Shown here one piece after another: positions 26,162 to 37,100 of a DNA stretch of 64,000 bases (positions are counted from its first letter, which is position 1; each line of letters begins with the position of its first letter). The stretch covers positions 1-64,000 of the forward strand of contig CBFGIT010000010.1 in NCBI GenBank assembly GCA_965648905.1, read 5' to 3'. Origin of the DNA: a candidate division WOR-3 bacterium (lineage in GTDB: Bacteria; Hydrothermota; Tepidihabitantia; Tepidihabitantales; Tepidihabitantaceae). The notes beneath the pieces are model-generated. The model had not been told where the DNA came from and did no database searches. It was given only the letters and a program-made list of their open reading frames with translations. A program made the position numbers and the translations under genes.

Positions 26162-26883
26162 GCACTCTTGTTACACGCTTTCGCCTCGGACGGTTCATCT
26201 GGACCGTGCTCGTGGCTTTCTATTTCCTGGTCTTCTTTCGCAACCTGCTTCAGGATGCGCTGCCCGGTGGTCAGGTTCTGCCGCTGGTTTTCGCCTGGTG
26301 TCTGGTCCTGTGGCTGGCCATCGAGTACTATTTCGGGTCGCCCTTTTTTCAGTCCGGAGTGGTCGAGCACTCGGCGTTCTGGCGCGGGGTCTTTGCTTTC
26401 TTTGCCTATCCGCTGCTCGGGTATGTGGCCGCGGATTTCATCTGGTGGCACTGGACCCAAATCCCGGTGCCGGCAGTGCTGGCCGGGGTTGTCGGACTGC
26501 TGGTGTTCGGGCTCGGTACTTACATAAGACTGGCAACGCTGTTTGACCTGCTTAGGATTGTTCGGGTCAAGCCGGGGTCCAAGGGCGGTGCGGTCGGGCA
26601 GGTGACGGTTCCGGAACGGCAGTTTGTTGCTCTTCGTTTTCAGCAACTGGTTCGACACCCACGCTATCTCGGGACTCTGGTGCAGTTGGTTGGTGCGGCC
26701 CTGGTATTCCGTTCCTGGGGAGGTCTGGTGCTGGTTCTGCTCCTGGGGCTGCCGATTGTCGTGCAGCAGGTACGCTACGAGGATGGGCAGCTTGAGCGTC
26801 TGCTCAAAGGCGAGGGCAAGGAGTACATGTCGAGGGTTGCCCGGCTCTGGCCCCAGGGGCTGGTCCGGGTGAGACGTACTTGA
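26158..26883 (+). CDS. Isoprenylcysteine carboxyl methyltransferase (ICMT)/phospholipid methyltransferase family membrane protein
   Basis: Multi-TM protein with C-terminal RHPRYLG...E..L...FG..Y..Y-type region characteristic of ICMT/PEMT family. Confidence 0.65.
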   Translation: MSTLVTRFRLGRFIWTVLVAFYFLVFFRNLLQDALPGGQVLPLVFAWCLVLWLAIEYYFGSPFFQSGVVEHSAFWRGVFAFFAYPLLGYVAADFIWWHWTQIPVPAVLAGVVGLLVFGLGTYIRLATLFDLLRIVRVKPGSKGGAVGQVTVPERQFVALRFQQLVRHPRYLGTLVQLVGAALVFRSWGGLVLVLLLGLPIVVQQVRYEDGQLERLLKGEGKEYMSRVARLWPQGLVRVRRT

Positions 26884-26908
26884 TAAGCGGCTGACATTCC
26901 TGTATAAT
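26880..26908 (+). promoter_or_regulatory. Strong sigma70-type promoter (ttgata-17-tataat with upstream tg)
   Basis: ttgata 26880-26885, 17-nt spacer, tataat 26903-26908; lies immediately after ICMT stop and about 350 nt upstream of histidine kinase start. Confidence 0.55.
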
Positions 26909-27259
26909 AGAGCCGGATGTCCCTTATCGCAGCACGTCCGGGGGACTGCGAAAGCCAGTCAGCGGTTTCCTTTGCCAATGCTTTGGCTCCGGCGCGGCAG
27001 CGACGAGGGCAGTCCACGCACAGAAACATGGAGGGATAAGTGCAGCAGTGTCAGAGCCTCAGTCTGAAGGACCGGGTCTATCTGCAGGTCCGGTACGGAC
27101 TCGATTCAACTACTCTCAGAAACATCAGACGGCTCGGACTGAACCGCGATCAGGCAGTCCGATTCCTGGAAGAGCGAAGCAAGCGCGGTCTGCCGCCGGT
27201 TCCGGTCTGGTCGAGTTCGACGAATCCGGCCTAGGAGAGACGATCGAGCCGACGGAATA

Positions 27260-28840
27260 GTGCCGATGCCGGCCAAGAGATCACCAGGCAGGAAGACTTC
27301 AACCCGCAAGCGTCCGGCAGCCCGGCGCAGTGTTCCTCCTCGGCCGGTTGAATCGGCCCGCCATTACCTTGACCTGGCGACCGTCATGTTTGTTACGCTG
27401 GACAAGGACGGGCGGGTGGTGCTGGCGAATAAGAAGACCTGTCAGGTGCTCGGTCGTTCTGAGGAGTCAGTCGTCGGCCGCGACTGGCTCAAGACCTGCG
27501 TGCCGGCCCGGGTTCAGCAACAGGTCAGGGACAAACTGCGCCGGGTAGTTGCCGGCGACTCGTCGGCCGAGGAGTTCGAGCATGAGGTGGTCACAAGTGG
27601 CGGCGAGGAGCGGCTCGTTGCCTGGCACGCAGTTACCTTGCGTGATGCGTGGGGAGAGGCAACCGGGGCGCTGATTTCGGGTGAGGACGTCACCGAACGC
27701 CGTCAGGCCGAGGAACGGATACAGGGTCTGCTTCAGAGTCTGCCCGATGCGGTGTTGTACCAGACCGGCGGCGGAGTCGAGTACGTGTCGGAGAACATCG
27801 AAGCCATCCTTGGCATCCCGGCTCATGAGTTCATTCGCAACCGGGCCAGGTTTCCGGAGCTGATTCACCCGGATGACCGGCCGCGACTGGTCGCGGCGTT
27901 CAAGCAGTGGCTGCAGGCCGGTGCGTCCGGAGTTCACGAGGCTGAGTTTCGGGTTCGACGCAGTGACGGGACCTACATCTGGCTGCTGGACCGGGCCCGG
28001 GCCGCGTTCCGGACCGGAGACGGAAGATACTCGACCATCGGCGTGATGCTTGATATCACCGCGCGCAAGCAGACCGAGCAGGAGCTGGAACGCTACCGAG
28101 ATGAGCTTGAGGAACTGGCCGAGGACCGGACGCGGGAGCTGAAGCGCACCCAGGTCGAGCTGCTGAAGCGCGAACGCCTGGCCACGCTGGGCCAGATTGC
28201 CGGGAGCATTGCTCATGAACTGCGGAATCCGCTGGGCGCGATTCGCAATGCGACCTATTTCCTGAACATGGTGCTTACCCGCGAACTGAAGGACAAGGCC
28301 AGCCGTCACCTGCAGATCATCAACGAGGAGATTGAACGATCGGACAAGATTATCACTTCGCTCCTGGATTATGCCCGGGGCCGGCCGACAAATCCGGTTG
28401 CCTCGTCGGTGAAGGACATTATCGAGGACGCACTGGGGATGGCGCGGTTGCCGCACGGGGTCAGAGTTCAGACCCAGTTTGCCGAGAATCTGCCGTTGCT
28501 TGAGGTGGATGATGCCCAACTGACGCAGGTCTTTGCCAACTTGTTCACGAACGCGTCGCAGGCGATGGCCGGTCGGGGTCTCGTCATCGTCGCGGCTGAG
28601 CCGGTCAACGGTGGAGTCAGAATCAGCGTGGCCGACAACGGGCCGGGCATTGCTCCTGAGCACATGCCGAGAATGTTCGAACCGCTCTTCTCGACCAAGA
28701 CTTTCGGCGTGGGTCTGGGTCTGGCGGTGTGCAAGAGCTTTGTCGAGTCGAACCGGGGTGAGATTGCGGTTGAGTCGGCGCCGGGCAAAGGCGCGACCTT
28801 TGTCGTGACCCTGCCCGCGGTTCATTCCGAGGAAATCTAG
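27260..28840 (+). CDS. PAS-domain sensor histidine kinase
   Basis: PAS-like N-terminal repeats, HisKA H-box (AHELRNPLGAI) and HATPase_c N/G boxes (DNGPGI...GVGLGLAV). Confidence 0.85.
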   Translation: MPMPAKRSPGRKTSTRKRPAARRSVPPRPVESARHYLDLATVMFVTLDKDGRVVLANKKTCQVLGRSEESVVGRDWLKTCVPARVQQQVRDKLRRVVAGDSSAEEFEHEVVTSGGEERLVAWHAVTLRDAWGEATGALISGEDVTERRQAEERIQGLLQSLPDAVLYQTGGGVEYVSENIEAILGIPAHEFIRNRARFPELIHPDDRPRLVAAFKQWLQAGASGVHEAEFRVRRSDGTYIWLLDRARAAFRTGDGRYSTIGVMLDITARKQTEQELERYRDELEELAEDRTRELKRTQVELLKRERLATLGQIAGSIAHELRNPLGAIRNATYFLNMVLTRELKDKASRHLQIINEEIERSDKIITSLLDYARGRPTNPVASSVKDIIEDALGMARLPHGVRVQTQFAENLPLLEVDDAQLTQVFANLFTNASQAMAGRGLVIVAAEPVNGGVRISVADNGPGIAPEHMPRMFEPLFSTKTFGVGLGLAVCKSFVESNRGEIAVESAPGKGATFVVTLPAVHSEEI

Positions 28841-28875
28841 CCGTTTCGTTCGAGACGAACCGGTGCTGCGTTTGC

Positions 28876-28903
28876 TTGACCGGTCTTGTTTTCGTGGTAT
28901 ATT
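28876..28903 (+). promoter_or_regulatory. Sigma70-like promoter for tRNA-Thr/Tyr/Gly cluster (ttgacc-16-tatatt)
   Basis: ttgacc 28876-28881, 16-nt spacer, tatatt 28898-28903, about 40 nt upstream of tRNA. Confidence 0.5.
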
Positions 28904-28941
28904 GACCATGTTCGGCCGGCGTGATTCCATCGACCGGCAAT

Positions 28942-29014
28942 GCCGACATAGCTCAGTTGGTAGAGCAGTGGTTTTGTAAACCTCAGGTCGGGGGTTCGAA
29001 TCCCTCTGTCGGCT
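28942..29014 (+). tRNA. tRNA-Thr (anticodon TGT)
   Basis: Cloverleaf hand-folded: acceptor gccgaca/tgtcggc, D-arm gctc-agttggta-gagc, anticodon loop tttgtaa, T-arm ggggg-ttcgaat-ccctc. Confidence 0.85.
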
Positions 29015-29031
29015 GAGTTGTTCACTGGTTC

Positions 29032-29114
29032 GGACGGGTGACCGAGTGGCCAAAGGTGGCAGACTGTAAATCTGCTGGCATATGCCTACGGAGGTTCAAA
29101 TCCTTCCCCGTCCA
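29032..29114 (+). tRNA. tRNA-Tyr (anticodon GTA), long variable arm
   Basis: Acceptor ggacggg/cccgtcc, anticodon loop gactgtaaatc, long extra arm, T-loop ttcaaat. Confidence 0.85.
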
Positions 29115-29193
29115 TCGTCCTCCGTAGATTCACCGGCACCCCACGGCGGGTCGCGGCCGGTGAGTTTCGGAGCCGCCCGTACGTTGTCCGGCG

Positions 29194-29264
29194 CGGGCGT
29201 GGTGTAGTGGTAGCACAACAGCCTTCCAAGCTGTTTGCGAGGGTTCGACTCCCTTCGCCCGCTC
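29194..29264 (+). tRNA. tRNA-Gly (anticodon TCC)
   Basis: Acceptor gcgggcg/cgcccgc, anticodon stem-loop acagc-cttccaa-gctgt, T-loop ttcgact. Confidence 0.85.
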
Positions 29265-29401
29265 CTCGCCCTTGAGCCTGACCGGCAGCCGGTCAGGTCA
29301 AGTGCCGGTCAGTGCAGGAGTTGGACGGCGGCAGAGTCCGGCTGATTCTCGGCGTGCCTTTTCGGGCAGGCCGCCGCGTTCGTTTGTGTCGCAATTAGTC
29401 G

Positions 29402-29429
29402 TTGACATGGCGAGAGTTATTCCTATAAT
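29402..29429 (+). promoter_or_regulatory. Near-consensus sigma70 promoter (ttgaca-16-tataat) driving tRNA-Thr(GGT)-tuf
   Basis: ttgaca 29402-29407, tataat 29424-29429, about 18 nt upstream of tRNA 5' end. Confidence 0.6.
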
Positions 29430-29446
29430 TCAGAGCGCCCGCCAAC

Positions 29447-29519
29447 GCCCATGTAGCTCAGTCGGTAGAGCACTTCCTTGGTAAGGAAGTGGTCGCCGGT
29501 TCAATTCCGGCCGTGGGCT
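29447..29519 (+). tRNA. tRNA-Thr (anticodon GGT)
   Basis: Acceptor gcccatg/cgtgggc (one G-U), anticodon stem-loop cttcc-ttggtaa-ggaag, T-arm gccgg-ttcaatt-ccggc. Confidence 0.85.
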
Positions 29520-29595
29520 CTGTGCGTTTGGCCCGGAAAGAAGACAACCGACTTATTGACAACCCGCAGCCAGTTCTCTAAGGAGGAACGGTAAG

Positions 29596-30795
29596 ATGGC
29601 GAAGCAGAAGTTCGAACGTACCAAGCCGCACGTCAACGTCGGAACGATTGGTCACGTAGACCACGGCAAGACGACGCTGACCGCAGCCATGACCAAGGTC
29701 CTGGAAGCGAGAGGCTTGGCCAAGTACAAGAGCTACGACGAGGTAGCCAAGGCGTCCGAGGCTCACGGCCGGCGTGATGAGACCAAGATTCTGACGATCG
29801 CGGTCTCGCACGTCGAGTACCAGTCAGAGAAGCGGCACTACGCGCATATCGACTGCCCGGGCCATGCCGACTACATCAAGAACATGATTACCGGTGCGGC
29901 TCAGATGGACGGTGCGATTCTCGTCGTGTCCGCGGCCGACGGCCCGATGCCTCAGACGACCGAGCACGTGCTGCTCGCCCGTCAGGTCAATGTGCCGGCG
30001 ATGGTGGTCTATCTCAACAAGGTGGACCTGGTCGACGACCCGGAGTTGATTGATCTGGTTGAACTGGAGATTCGCGACATCCTGAACAAGTATGAGTTCC
30101 CGGGCGACAAGACGCCGATTATTCGGGGCAGCGCCCTGAAGGCGATTCAGGGTTCGGAGCCGGACGTCGAGTCGATTCTCAAGCTGGTTGACGCGCTGGA
30201 CGCGTTCATCCCCGAGCCGGTGCGCGAGACCGACAAACCGTTCCTGATGCCGATCGAAGACATCTTCTCGATCACCGGTCGTGGCACGGTGGTGACGGGC
30301 CGGGTCGAGCGTGGGGTACTCAAGGCGGGCGAGGAGATCGAAATCATCGGTTTCGGCAAGCACGACAAGGTCGTGGTGACGTCGGTCGAAATGTTCCGGA
30401 AGATCCTTGAGGACGCGCGCGCCGGCGACAACGTCGGACTGCTGCTGCGCGGCGTGGCCAAGGATGACGTCGAGCGCGGCATGTGCATCGCCAAACCCGG
30501 CTCAATCAAGCCGCACAAGAAGTTCAAGGGCGAAGTCTACATTCTGACCAAGGACGAAGGCGGACGTCATACGCCGTTCTTCCCGGGTTACCGGCCGCAG
30601 TTTTACATCCGGACAACCGACGTGACCGGCAGCGTGACGCTGCCCGCGGGCGTCGAGATGGTGATGCCCGGAGACCACGTGACGATGGACATCGAGCTGA
30701 TCAGCGAGGTCGCACTCGAACACAACTCGAAGTTCGCCATCCGTGAGGGCGGTCGGACGGTCGGTGCCGGAACCGTGGTTCAGATTGTCGACTGA
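29596..30795 (+). CDS. tuf: Translation elongation factor Tu
   Basis: [22 protein letters not shown] motifs; full-length 399 aa; AAGGAGG RBS. Confidence 0.97.
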   Translation: MAKQKFERTKPHVNVGTIGHVDHGKTTLTAAMTKVLEARGLAKYKSYDEVAKASEAHGRRDETKILTIAVSHVEYQSEKRHYAHIDCPGHADYIKNMITGAAQMDGAILVVSAADGPMPQTTEHVLLARQVNVPAMVVYLNKVDLVDDPELIDLVELEIRDILNKYEFPGDKTPIIRGSALKAIQGSEPDVESILKLVDALDAFIPEPVRETDKPFLMPIEDIFSITGRGTVVTGRVERGVLKAGEEIEIIGFGKHDKVVVTSVEMFRKILEDARAGDNVGLLLRGVAKDDVERGMCIAKPGSIKPHKKFKGEVYILTKDEGGRHTPFFPGYRPQFYIRTTDVTGSVTLPAGVEMVMPGDHVTMDIELISEVALEHNSKFAIREGGRTVGAGTVVQIVD

Positions 30796-30803
30796 GACCG
30801 ACG

Positions 30804-30950
30804 ATGCGCGTGTTCATTACCCTGGCATGCACGACGTGCAAGAACCGGAACTACCATGGGACCAAGAACAAGAAGCAGACTGAGCGCCTGGAACTCAAGA
30901 AGTTTTGCCCGGCGTGCCGTCGGCATACCGCGCACAAGGAGGTCAAGTAG
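30804..30950 (+). CDS. rpmG: 50S ribosomal protein L33 (48 aa; below ORF-track cutoff)
   Basis: Manual translation [48 protein letters not shown] with two CxxC pairs; canonical position after tuf. Confidence 0.85.
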   Translation: MRVFITLACTTCKNRNYHGTKNKKQTERLELKKFCPACRRHTAHKEVK

Positions 30951-31021
30951 GCCAGTAGCTCTAACGGCAGAGCGGCGGACTCCAAATCCGTAGGTTGGGG
31001 GTTCAAATCCCTCCTGGCCTG
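30949..31021 (+). tRNA. tRNA-Trp (anticodon CCA)
   Basis: Acceptor aggccag/ctggcct, anticodon loop ctccaaa, T-loop ttcaaat; overlaps rpmG stop by 2 nt. Confidence 0.85.
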
Positions 31022-31029
31022 TTAATACT

Positions 31030-31224
31030 GTGAAGAAACTGCTGAAGCGCATCGCGGAATATTTGGCCGACGTCTGGGCCGAGCTCAAGAAGGTCTCCTG
31101 GGTCAGGCGTAAGGAACTGCTGACCACAACGGTCGTGGTGATTGTCTTCTCGACCGTAATGGCGTTGTTCATTGCCGTCTTCGACCTCATTTTCTCGCAA
31201 CTGCTGCAGCTAGTGCTGCGGTAG
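31030..31224 (+). CDS. secE: Preprotein translocase subunit SecE
   Basis: 64-aa single-TM protein in canonical secE position; WAELKKVSWVRRKEL...TM helix. Confidence 0.85.
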   Translation: MKKLLKRIAEYLADVWAELKKVSWVRRKELLTTTVVVIVFSTVMALFIAVFDLIFSQLLQLVLR

Positions 31225-31238
31225 TGCCGGACCGGCGC

Positions 31239-31763
31239 ATGAAGTTCTTTGTCGTGCACACGATTACCGGACGCGAAAAGCGAGTCAAGGACCTGATTGA
31301 GAAGGCAATTGAGCGTCAGGGCTGCAAGGAGTTGTTCGGCCGGATAATCGTGCCGGCGGAGAAGGTCGCGCGGGTTCGGAAGTCGAAGATTGTCCCGGAA
31401 GAGCGGCAGTTGTATCCGGGCTACATCGTGGTTGAGTTCGAGCCGGTTGAGGCGGCCCTCGCGCTGGTGAATGCGATTCCGGGCGTAACCCATCTTCTAG
31501 GCACGAAGCAGGAGCCGACCCCGCTGTCCGAGGAAGAGGTCAGCTCGATGCTGGAGCAGATTGAGCGCGGCCGGGACCGGGCTGAGCCCGAGGCGCCTTA
31601 CGAGAAGGGCGAGAACATTAAGGTGACCAAAGGGCCGTTTGCCGGTTTCACCGGGACGGTTGATGAAATCTTCGCCGAACGCCGACGGGTGAAGGTCATC
31701 GTCACGATATTCGGTCGGCCAACACCAATCGACCTGGACTTTCTCGATGTCCAGCCGATCTAG
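31239..31763 (+). CDS. nusG: Transcription termination/antitermination factor NusG
   Basis: NGN domain (MKFFVVHTITGREKRV...) and KOW domain (GENIKVTKGPFAGFTGTVDEI); ORF track extends to GTG 31224. Confidence 0.9.
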   Translation: MKFFVVHTITGREKRVKDLIEKAIERQGCKELFGRIIVPAEKVARVRKSKIVPEERQLYPGYIVVEFEPVEAALALVNAIPGVTHLLGTKQEPTPLSEEEVSSMLEQIERGRDRAEPEAPYEKGENIKVTKGPFAGFTGTVDEIFAERRRVKVIVTIFGRPTPIDLDFLDVQPI

Positions 31764-31781
31764 TAGCAGGAGGAGCGAGTA

Positions 31782-32213
31782 ATGGTCAAGAAGGTTGCTG
31801 CGGTCGTGCGACTTCAGGTCCCGGCTGGTCAGGCAACGGCAGCTCCCCCGGTCGGCCCGGCCTTGGGCCAGCACGGCGTTAACATTGCGGAGTTCATCAA
31901 GGCAGTCAATGAGGCGACCCGCAAAGAGCCACCGGGGATGCTGATACCGGTTGTCCTGACGGTTTACGCGGACCGGAAGTTCACGTTCGTGACCAAGAGT
32001 CCACCCGCGTCGGTACTCCTGAAGCAGGCTGCGGGCCTGGCAAAAGGTTCGGGCGAGCCGAATCGGGTATCGGTCGGGATGGTCAGTCGTCGGGCGATTC
32101 GAGAAATCGCCGAGCGCAAGATGAAGGACCTGAACGCGGCCGATATCGAGGCCGCGGTGAGAATCGTTGAAGGCACGGCCCGTTCGATGGGGCTGGCGGT
32201 GGAGGGTGCATGA
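31782..32213 (+). CDS. rplK: 50S ribosomal protein L11
   Basis: [35 protein letters not shown]... canonical L11. Confidence 0.95.
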   Translation: MVKKVAAVVRLQVPAGQATAAPPVGPALGQHGVNIAEFIKAVNEATRKEPPGMLIPVVLTVYADRKFTFVTKSPPASVLLKQAAGLAKGSGEPNRVSVGMVSRRAIREIAERKMKDLNAADIEAAVRIVEGTARSMGLAVEGA

Positions 32214-32920
32214 AGCGCCACTCGAAGAGGTTTCGGGCTGCCGCGGCCCGCACCGACCGGCTGAAGCTGCACCCGCTGGCTGATGCGGTTCGGGTAGTCA
32301 AAGAGAACGCGAACGCCCGCTTTGACGAGTCGGTTGACATTGCGATCAAGCTTGGAGTTGACCCCAAGAAGCAGGACCAGTTGGTCTCGGGTACGGTCTC
32401 CTTGCCTCATGGCACAGGCAAGACGGTTCGGGTGCTGGTCTTTGCCAAGGGTGACAAACAGGATGAGGCACGCGGTGCGGGCGCGGACTTTGTCGGCTTC
32501 GAGGACCTGGTCGAGAAGATCACCGGCGGCTGGCTCGACTTCGACGTCGTCGTGGCAACGCCGGATACGATGTCCGCGGTCGGCCGTCTCGGTAAGGTGC
32601 TGGGGCCGAAAGGGCTGATGCCGTCGCCCAAGACTCAGACGGTGACGTTCGACGTCGCGGCGACGGTCAAGAGCCTCAAAGCCGGCAGAATCAAGTACCG
32701 GACTGACAAGACCGGGAACGTCCACGCGCTGGTCGGCAAGGCCTCGTTTGGCCCTGAGCATCTGACCGAAAACATCCGGACGTTCGTGACCGAGGTGTTG
32801 CGGGCCAAACCCGCGACCGCGAAGGGGCAGTTTGTTCGGAGCGTGGTCGTATCTTCAACCATGGGCCCGGGCGTAAGGATCGACCCGCGCGAGTTTACCG
32901 AGGCGCGCAAGGAGGCCTGA
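32210..32920 (+). CDS. rplA: 50S ribosomal protein L1
   Basis: Canonical L1 sequence and position; ATGA overlap with rplK. Confidence 0.95.
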   Translation: MKRHSKRFRAAAARTDRLKLHPLADAVRVVKENANARFDESVDIAIKLGVDPKKQDQLVSGTVSLPHGTGKTVRVLVFAKGDKQDEARGAGADFVGFEDLVEKITGGWLDFDVVVATPDTMSAVGRLGKVLGPKGLMPSPKTQTVTFDVAATVKSLKAGRIKYRTDKTGNVHALVGKASFGPEHLTENIRTFVTEVLRAKPATAKGQFVRSVVVSSTMGPGVRIDPREFTEARKEA

Positions 32921-32921
32921 C

Positions 32922-33452
32922 ATGGCGAAGGTAGAGAAGATCCAGAGCGTTGCAGCACTGAAGCAGATGATGGCGCAGGCTTCGGCCCTGTACTTTGTTG
33001 ATTACACGCGCGTCGGAGCGAACGATTTTAACACGCTCCGCCGTCGGCTCGGCAGCCAGGGCGTCGCGGTTCAGGTGGTGAAGAACCGGCTGGCGCTGAT
33101 TGCTCTGGCCGAGCTGGGTTTCGCGGGTGAGTTTCGCGCCGTGCTGCGTGGGCCGACGTCGGTGATTCTGGCGGGCGAAGACCCGGTCGCGCCGGCGCGT
33201 ACCATTCGGGATACGATGCGCCGGCTCGAGGCGCTCAAGTTCAAGGGTGCATACCTTGACGGCAGACTGTACGGTGCGGACCAGTTTTCTTTCCTGGCCG
33301 GCCTGCCGACCAAGTTCGAGCTGCGCGGGCAGGTGGTCGGGGTGCTGGAGGGGCCGATCTGGCAACTGGTTACCGGACTTGACGGCCTGCTGGGTGAGTT
33401 TGTCTGGATATTGGAACAGGCGAAAGAGCGGGCGGCACCGGCCGCGGGCTAG
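32922..33452 (+). CDS. rplJ: 50S ribosomal protein L10
   Basis: Canonical L10 position/sequence (MAKVEKIQSVAALKQMM...). Confidence 0.9.
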   Translation: MAKVEKIQSVAALKQMMAQASALYFVDYTRVGANDFNTLRRRLGSQGVAVQVVKNRLALIALAELGFAGEFRAVLRGPTSVILAGEDPVAPARTIRDTMRRLEALKFKGAYLDGRLYGADQFSFLAGLPTKFELRGQVVGVLEGPIWQLVTGLDGLLGEFVWILEQAKERAAPAAG

Positions 33453-33558
33453 CGCCGCCCGGCATTCCCTGAAATGAGTCGCTTGATGATTGCTGCTTCA
33501 AATTCTGGTCATGACACAACTGCCGCACGCGCGGCGGTGAAAACCATCTGGAGGATCG

Positions 33559-33954
33559 ATGGCAGATAGCAAGATACCGCAGTTGATCGAGACGATTGAG
33601 AATCTGACCGTGACCGAGCTGGCCGAGCTGGTCAAGGCGCTGAAGGAGAAATTCGGCGTGTCCGGGCCGGCCTTCGTGGCAGCCGGACCGGCAGTCGGAG
33701 CCGCGGCCGCGGCGGCGTCGGACGAGGCCAAGGCCGAGGAAAAGACCGAGTTCACCGTGACGCTGGTCGCGGTCGGCGACAAGAAGATCCAGGTGTTGAA
33801 GGAACTACGCGCCGTCACCCAACTGGGTCTGAAAGAGGCCAAGGACATCATCGACAAGACACCGAGCGTGATCAAGGAGAACGCAACCAAGGAAGAGGCC
33901 GACAAGATCAAGGCGAAGCTGGAGGAAGTGGGCGCGAAGGTCGAGGTGAAGTGA
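33559..33954 (+). CDS. rplL: 50S ribosomal protein L7/L12
   Basis: N-terminal dimerisation helix, Ala-rich hinge, C-terminal domain ...[14 protein letters not shown]. Confidence 0.95.
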   Translation: MADSKIPQLIETIENLTVTELAELVKALKEKFGVSGPAFVAAGPAVGAAAAAASDEAKAEEKTEFTVTLVAVGDKKIQVLKELRAVTQLGLKEAKDIIDKTPSVIKENATKEEADKIKAKLEEVGAKVEVK

Positions 33955-34116
33955 CGCGCCAACCGCCTCATGTTCGAGGGCCACTGACAGCGCTTGAGGC
34001 TTTCGGGTACGCCTAAGCCCGCGTGCGGCGTGATGATGATGCATCGGGCCAGCAGGCGGCGTCAGGTGTTGAACAGACCGTGGTCAGGATATCCGCCAAC
34101 CGGGGAGGCGTAGAGC

Positions 34117-37100
34117 ATGCAGCAGAAGAACTTCGCTAGGTCAGGAACCCATCTCGAGATTCCGAATCTGCTCTCGTTGCAGCTTGACTCGTTTGCCGAG
34201 TTCGTCCAGTTGGGCGTCGACCCGGCAAAGCGGGAGCCGAAGGGGCTCGAGGGCGTGCTGCGCGAGACGTTTCCGCTCGAAGACGTCCACAAGAACTTCC
34301 GGCTGGAGTACGTCGGGTACACGTTCGGTGAACCCAAGTACACGACCGAGGAGGCGATGGCCAAGGGCGTCAACTATTCGATGCCGCTCAAGGTTGTGTT
34401 CCGGCTGATTAAGAAGGAGTTCGGCGACGGGGCCGAGCGGGTCAAGGATATACTCGAACAGGAGGTTTTCTTCTGCGAGCTGCCGTGGATGACCGTCAAC
34501 GGCACCTTCATTATCAACGGGGTCGAGCGAGTCGTGGTGAGTCAGCTTCACCGGTCACCGGGCGTGTACTTCTCGCGCGAGGAGAACGAATTCTCGGCGC
34601 TGCTCGTGCCGTTGCGCGGGGCATGGTTCGAACTCGTGGTCGACAAGCACAACTCGATGGTCGTGCTGCTCGACCGCAAACGTCGAATATCGGCGGCGAC
34701 CTTTCTGCGGGCGATGAACTTCAGCCACGAGGATGTCGTCCGAAAGCTGCTGCCGGTCGAGCGCCGGAAGCTCGAGTTGGGCCAGATGCTGGCTCAGGAA
34801 CTGGCGGGTGAAGGCGGTGAGGTCTACGCCCGGACCGGCGATTTCGTCACCGAGGGGCTGCTTGACCTGTTGACCGCCAAGGGCATCACCGAAGCGGATG
34901 TCGTCGTCGGCAATCCGCCGGGCATGGATATCGTCGCCAACACGCTGCGGGCCGACCGGACCGGTTCCAAGGAAGAGGCGCTCAAGCGGATTTACTACCG
35001 ACTGCGTTCGATCGCTCCGCACTCCCTTGAAGTCGCGGAGCAGATGATTCTAGGAATGCTCTTCGACCGCAAGCGCTTCGACCTAGGCGCGGTGGGCCGG
35101 TACAAGCTCAACCAGCGGCTGCTGACCAAGGTGCCGCTTACCGAGACCGGCCTGCTTGAGGCCGACGTGCGCGCGATCATCTCCCATCTACTGCTCTTTG
35201 CCGGCGACGGTCGGCTGTATCTGCTGCGCGTTCCGGCGACAACTGCGGAAGAGCGCGATGCGGTTCTGGCCGAGCTCAAGAAGGCGGACCTGATGCCTGA
35301 GTCGCTGCACTGGTACGAACGGCGGGCCCTGCTCGAAATGACGTTCTACGATGAGGAACGGGGCCGGCAGGCCGAGAAGAGCCTGAAGGAATCGGGACGC
35401 AAGCCGGTTGGTGAGACGACGCGTTACCAAGCCGACGACGTCGACCATCTCTCGAGCCGGCGGGTGAAACGGGTAGGCGAACTGCTCGAGAACCAGTTCC
35501 GGGCAGCTCTGCTCCAGCTTTCTCAGAACATCCGGGAACGCGCCGCGTTCATTGACGACACGCAACTGGTACCACAGGAACTGGTCAATACCAGGGTCGT
35601 GGCCAATGCGATCATGCAGTTTTTCACTCAGAGCCAGCTCTGTCAGTTCATGGAGCAGACCAATCCACTGACCGAACTGACCCACAAACGTCGGGTCTCC
35701 ACGCTCGGGCCCGGCGGTCTGACCAAGGAGACGGCCGGGTTCGAAGTGCGCGACGTGCACTACTCGCACTACGGCCGAATCTGCCCGATTGAGACGCCTG
35801 AAGGCCCGAACATCGGTCTCATCTCAACGGTTTCGACCTATGCCCGGGTCGACCAGTACGGCTTCCTGACCACGCCTTACTGGCGGGTCAAGGACGGAAA
35901 GGTGCTGACCGGCAAGGGACGAGAGGTGTACATCAATCCGGACGAAGAGGACCGGTACGCCATCGCCCAGGCAACGAGTGAACTGACGAGCGACGGTCGG
36001 TTTGCCCGGGACGAGGTTATCTGCCGGCGCGGCGGCGACGTGGTTACGCTTGCCCCGGCCGAGGTTGATTTCATGGACGTCTCGCCGAAGCAGATCTTTG
36101 CGCCTTCGACTGTCATGGTTCCGTTCCTTGAGCATGACGATGCGGACCGGGCTTTGATGGGCGCCAACATGCAGCGCCAGGCGGTTCCGCTCCTGCTTCC
36201 CGAGCGGCCGCTGGTCGCCACCGGCGTCGAGGCGAAGTTCGCAGCCGAGTCCGGCGCGATACTGCTTTCGCCCGAGGACGGCGTGGTTACGAAGGTCGAT
36301 GCCCGAGCCGTGGTTGTGCGGAGCAGCAATGGACTGACCGAATACAAGCTGCGCAAGTATAAGAAGTCGAATCAGTACACCTGTCTTTCGCAACGGCCGA
36401 TGGTGCGTGCCGGCGACACGGTGAAGAAGGGTGATCTTCTGGCCGACGGGCCGGCGACGCACGAGGGGCAGTTGGCGTTGGGGCGAAACGTCCTCGTCGC
36501 CTTTCTGCCCTGGCGCGGCTACAACTACGAGGATGCGATTATCGTCTCGGAGGAGCTTATCAAGGACGACGGCTTCACGTCGATCCAGATCCTCGAGTTC
36601 GAAATCCAGGCGCGTGAGACGAAGCTCGGATCCGAGGAGATTACGCGCGATATCCCTGGTGCCACTGAAGAGGAATTGCGCAATCTTGACGAATTCGGGG
36701 TCATCCGGCTGGGCGCAGAAGTCGGGCCCGGCGATATCCTCGTCGGTCGGATTACGCCCAAGGGCGAAACCGAGTTCACTCCTGAGGAACGGCTGCTGCG
36801 GGCGATCTTCGGCGAGAAGGCGGCGAACGTCCGCGACACCTCGCTCCGGGTTGAGCCGGGTGTGTTCGGAGTCATTGTCGACCGACGCATTCTCTCGCGC
36901 AAGCTGACCGATGCAATGAACCGTCGGCTGGAGAAGGAGCGCGTTGCCGAAGCCAACCACCGCTATGACTTGAAGAAGGAGTTCTTTCAGATGCGGCGCG
37001 ACGAACGGGTCCGTGCCGTGCTCCGCGGGCAGAAGGCGGCCGCCAATGCCAAGGATTCCCGCGGCCGGGTGCTGCATAAGGCCGGTCAGCCGATGACCGA

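Noticed and set aside
26950-27260. SRP RNA / RNase P / tmRNA in the long leader
   Set aside because: Only a vague resemblance (caggtccgg) to the SRP helix-8 consensus; no GNRA tetraloop in the right place and no RNase P or tmRNA conserved boxes; kept only as an unassigned leader
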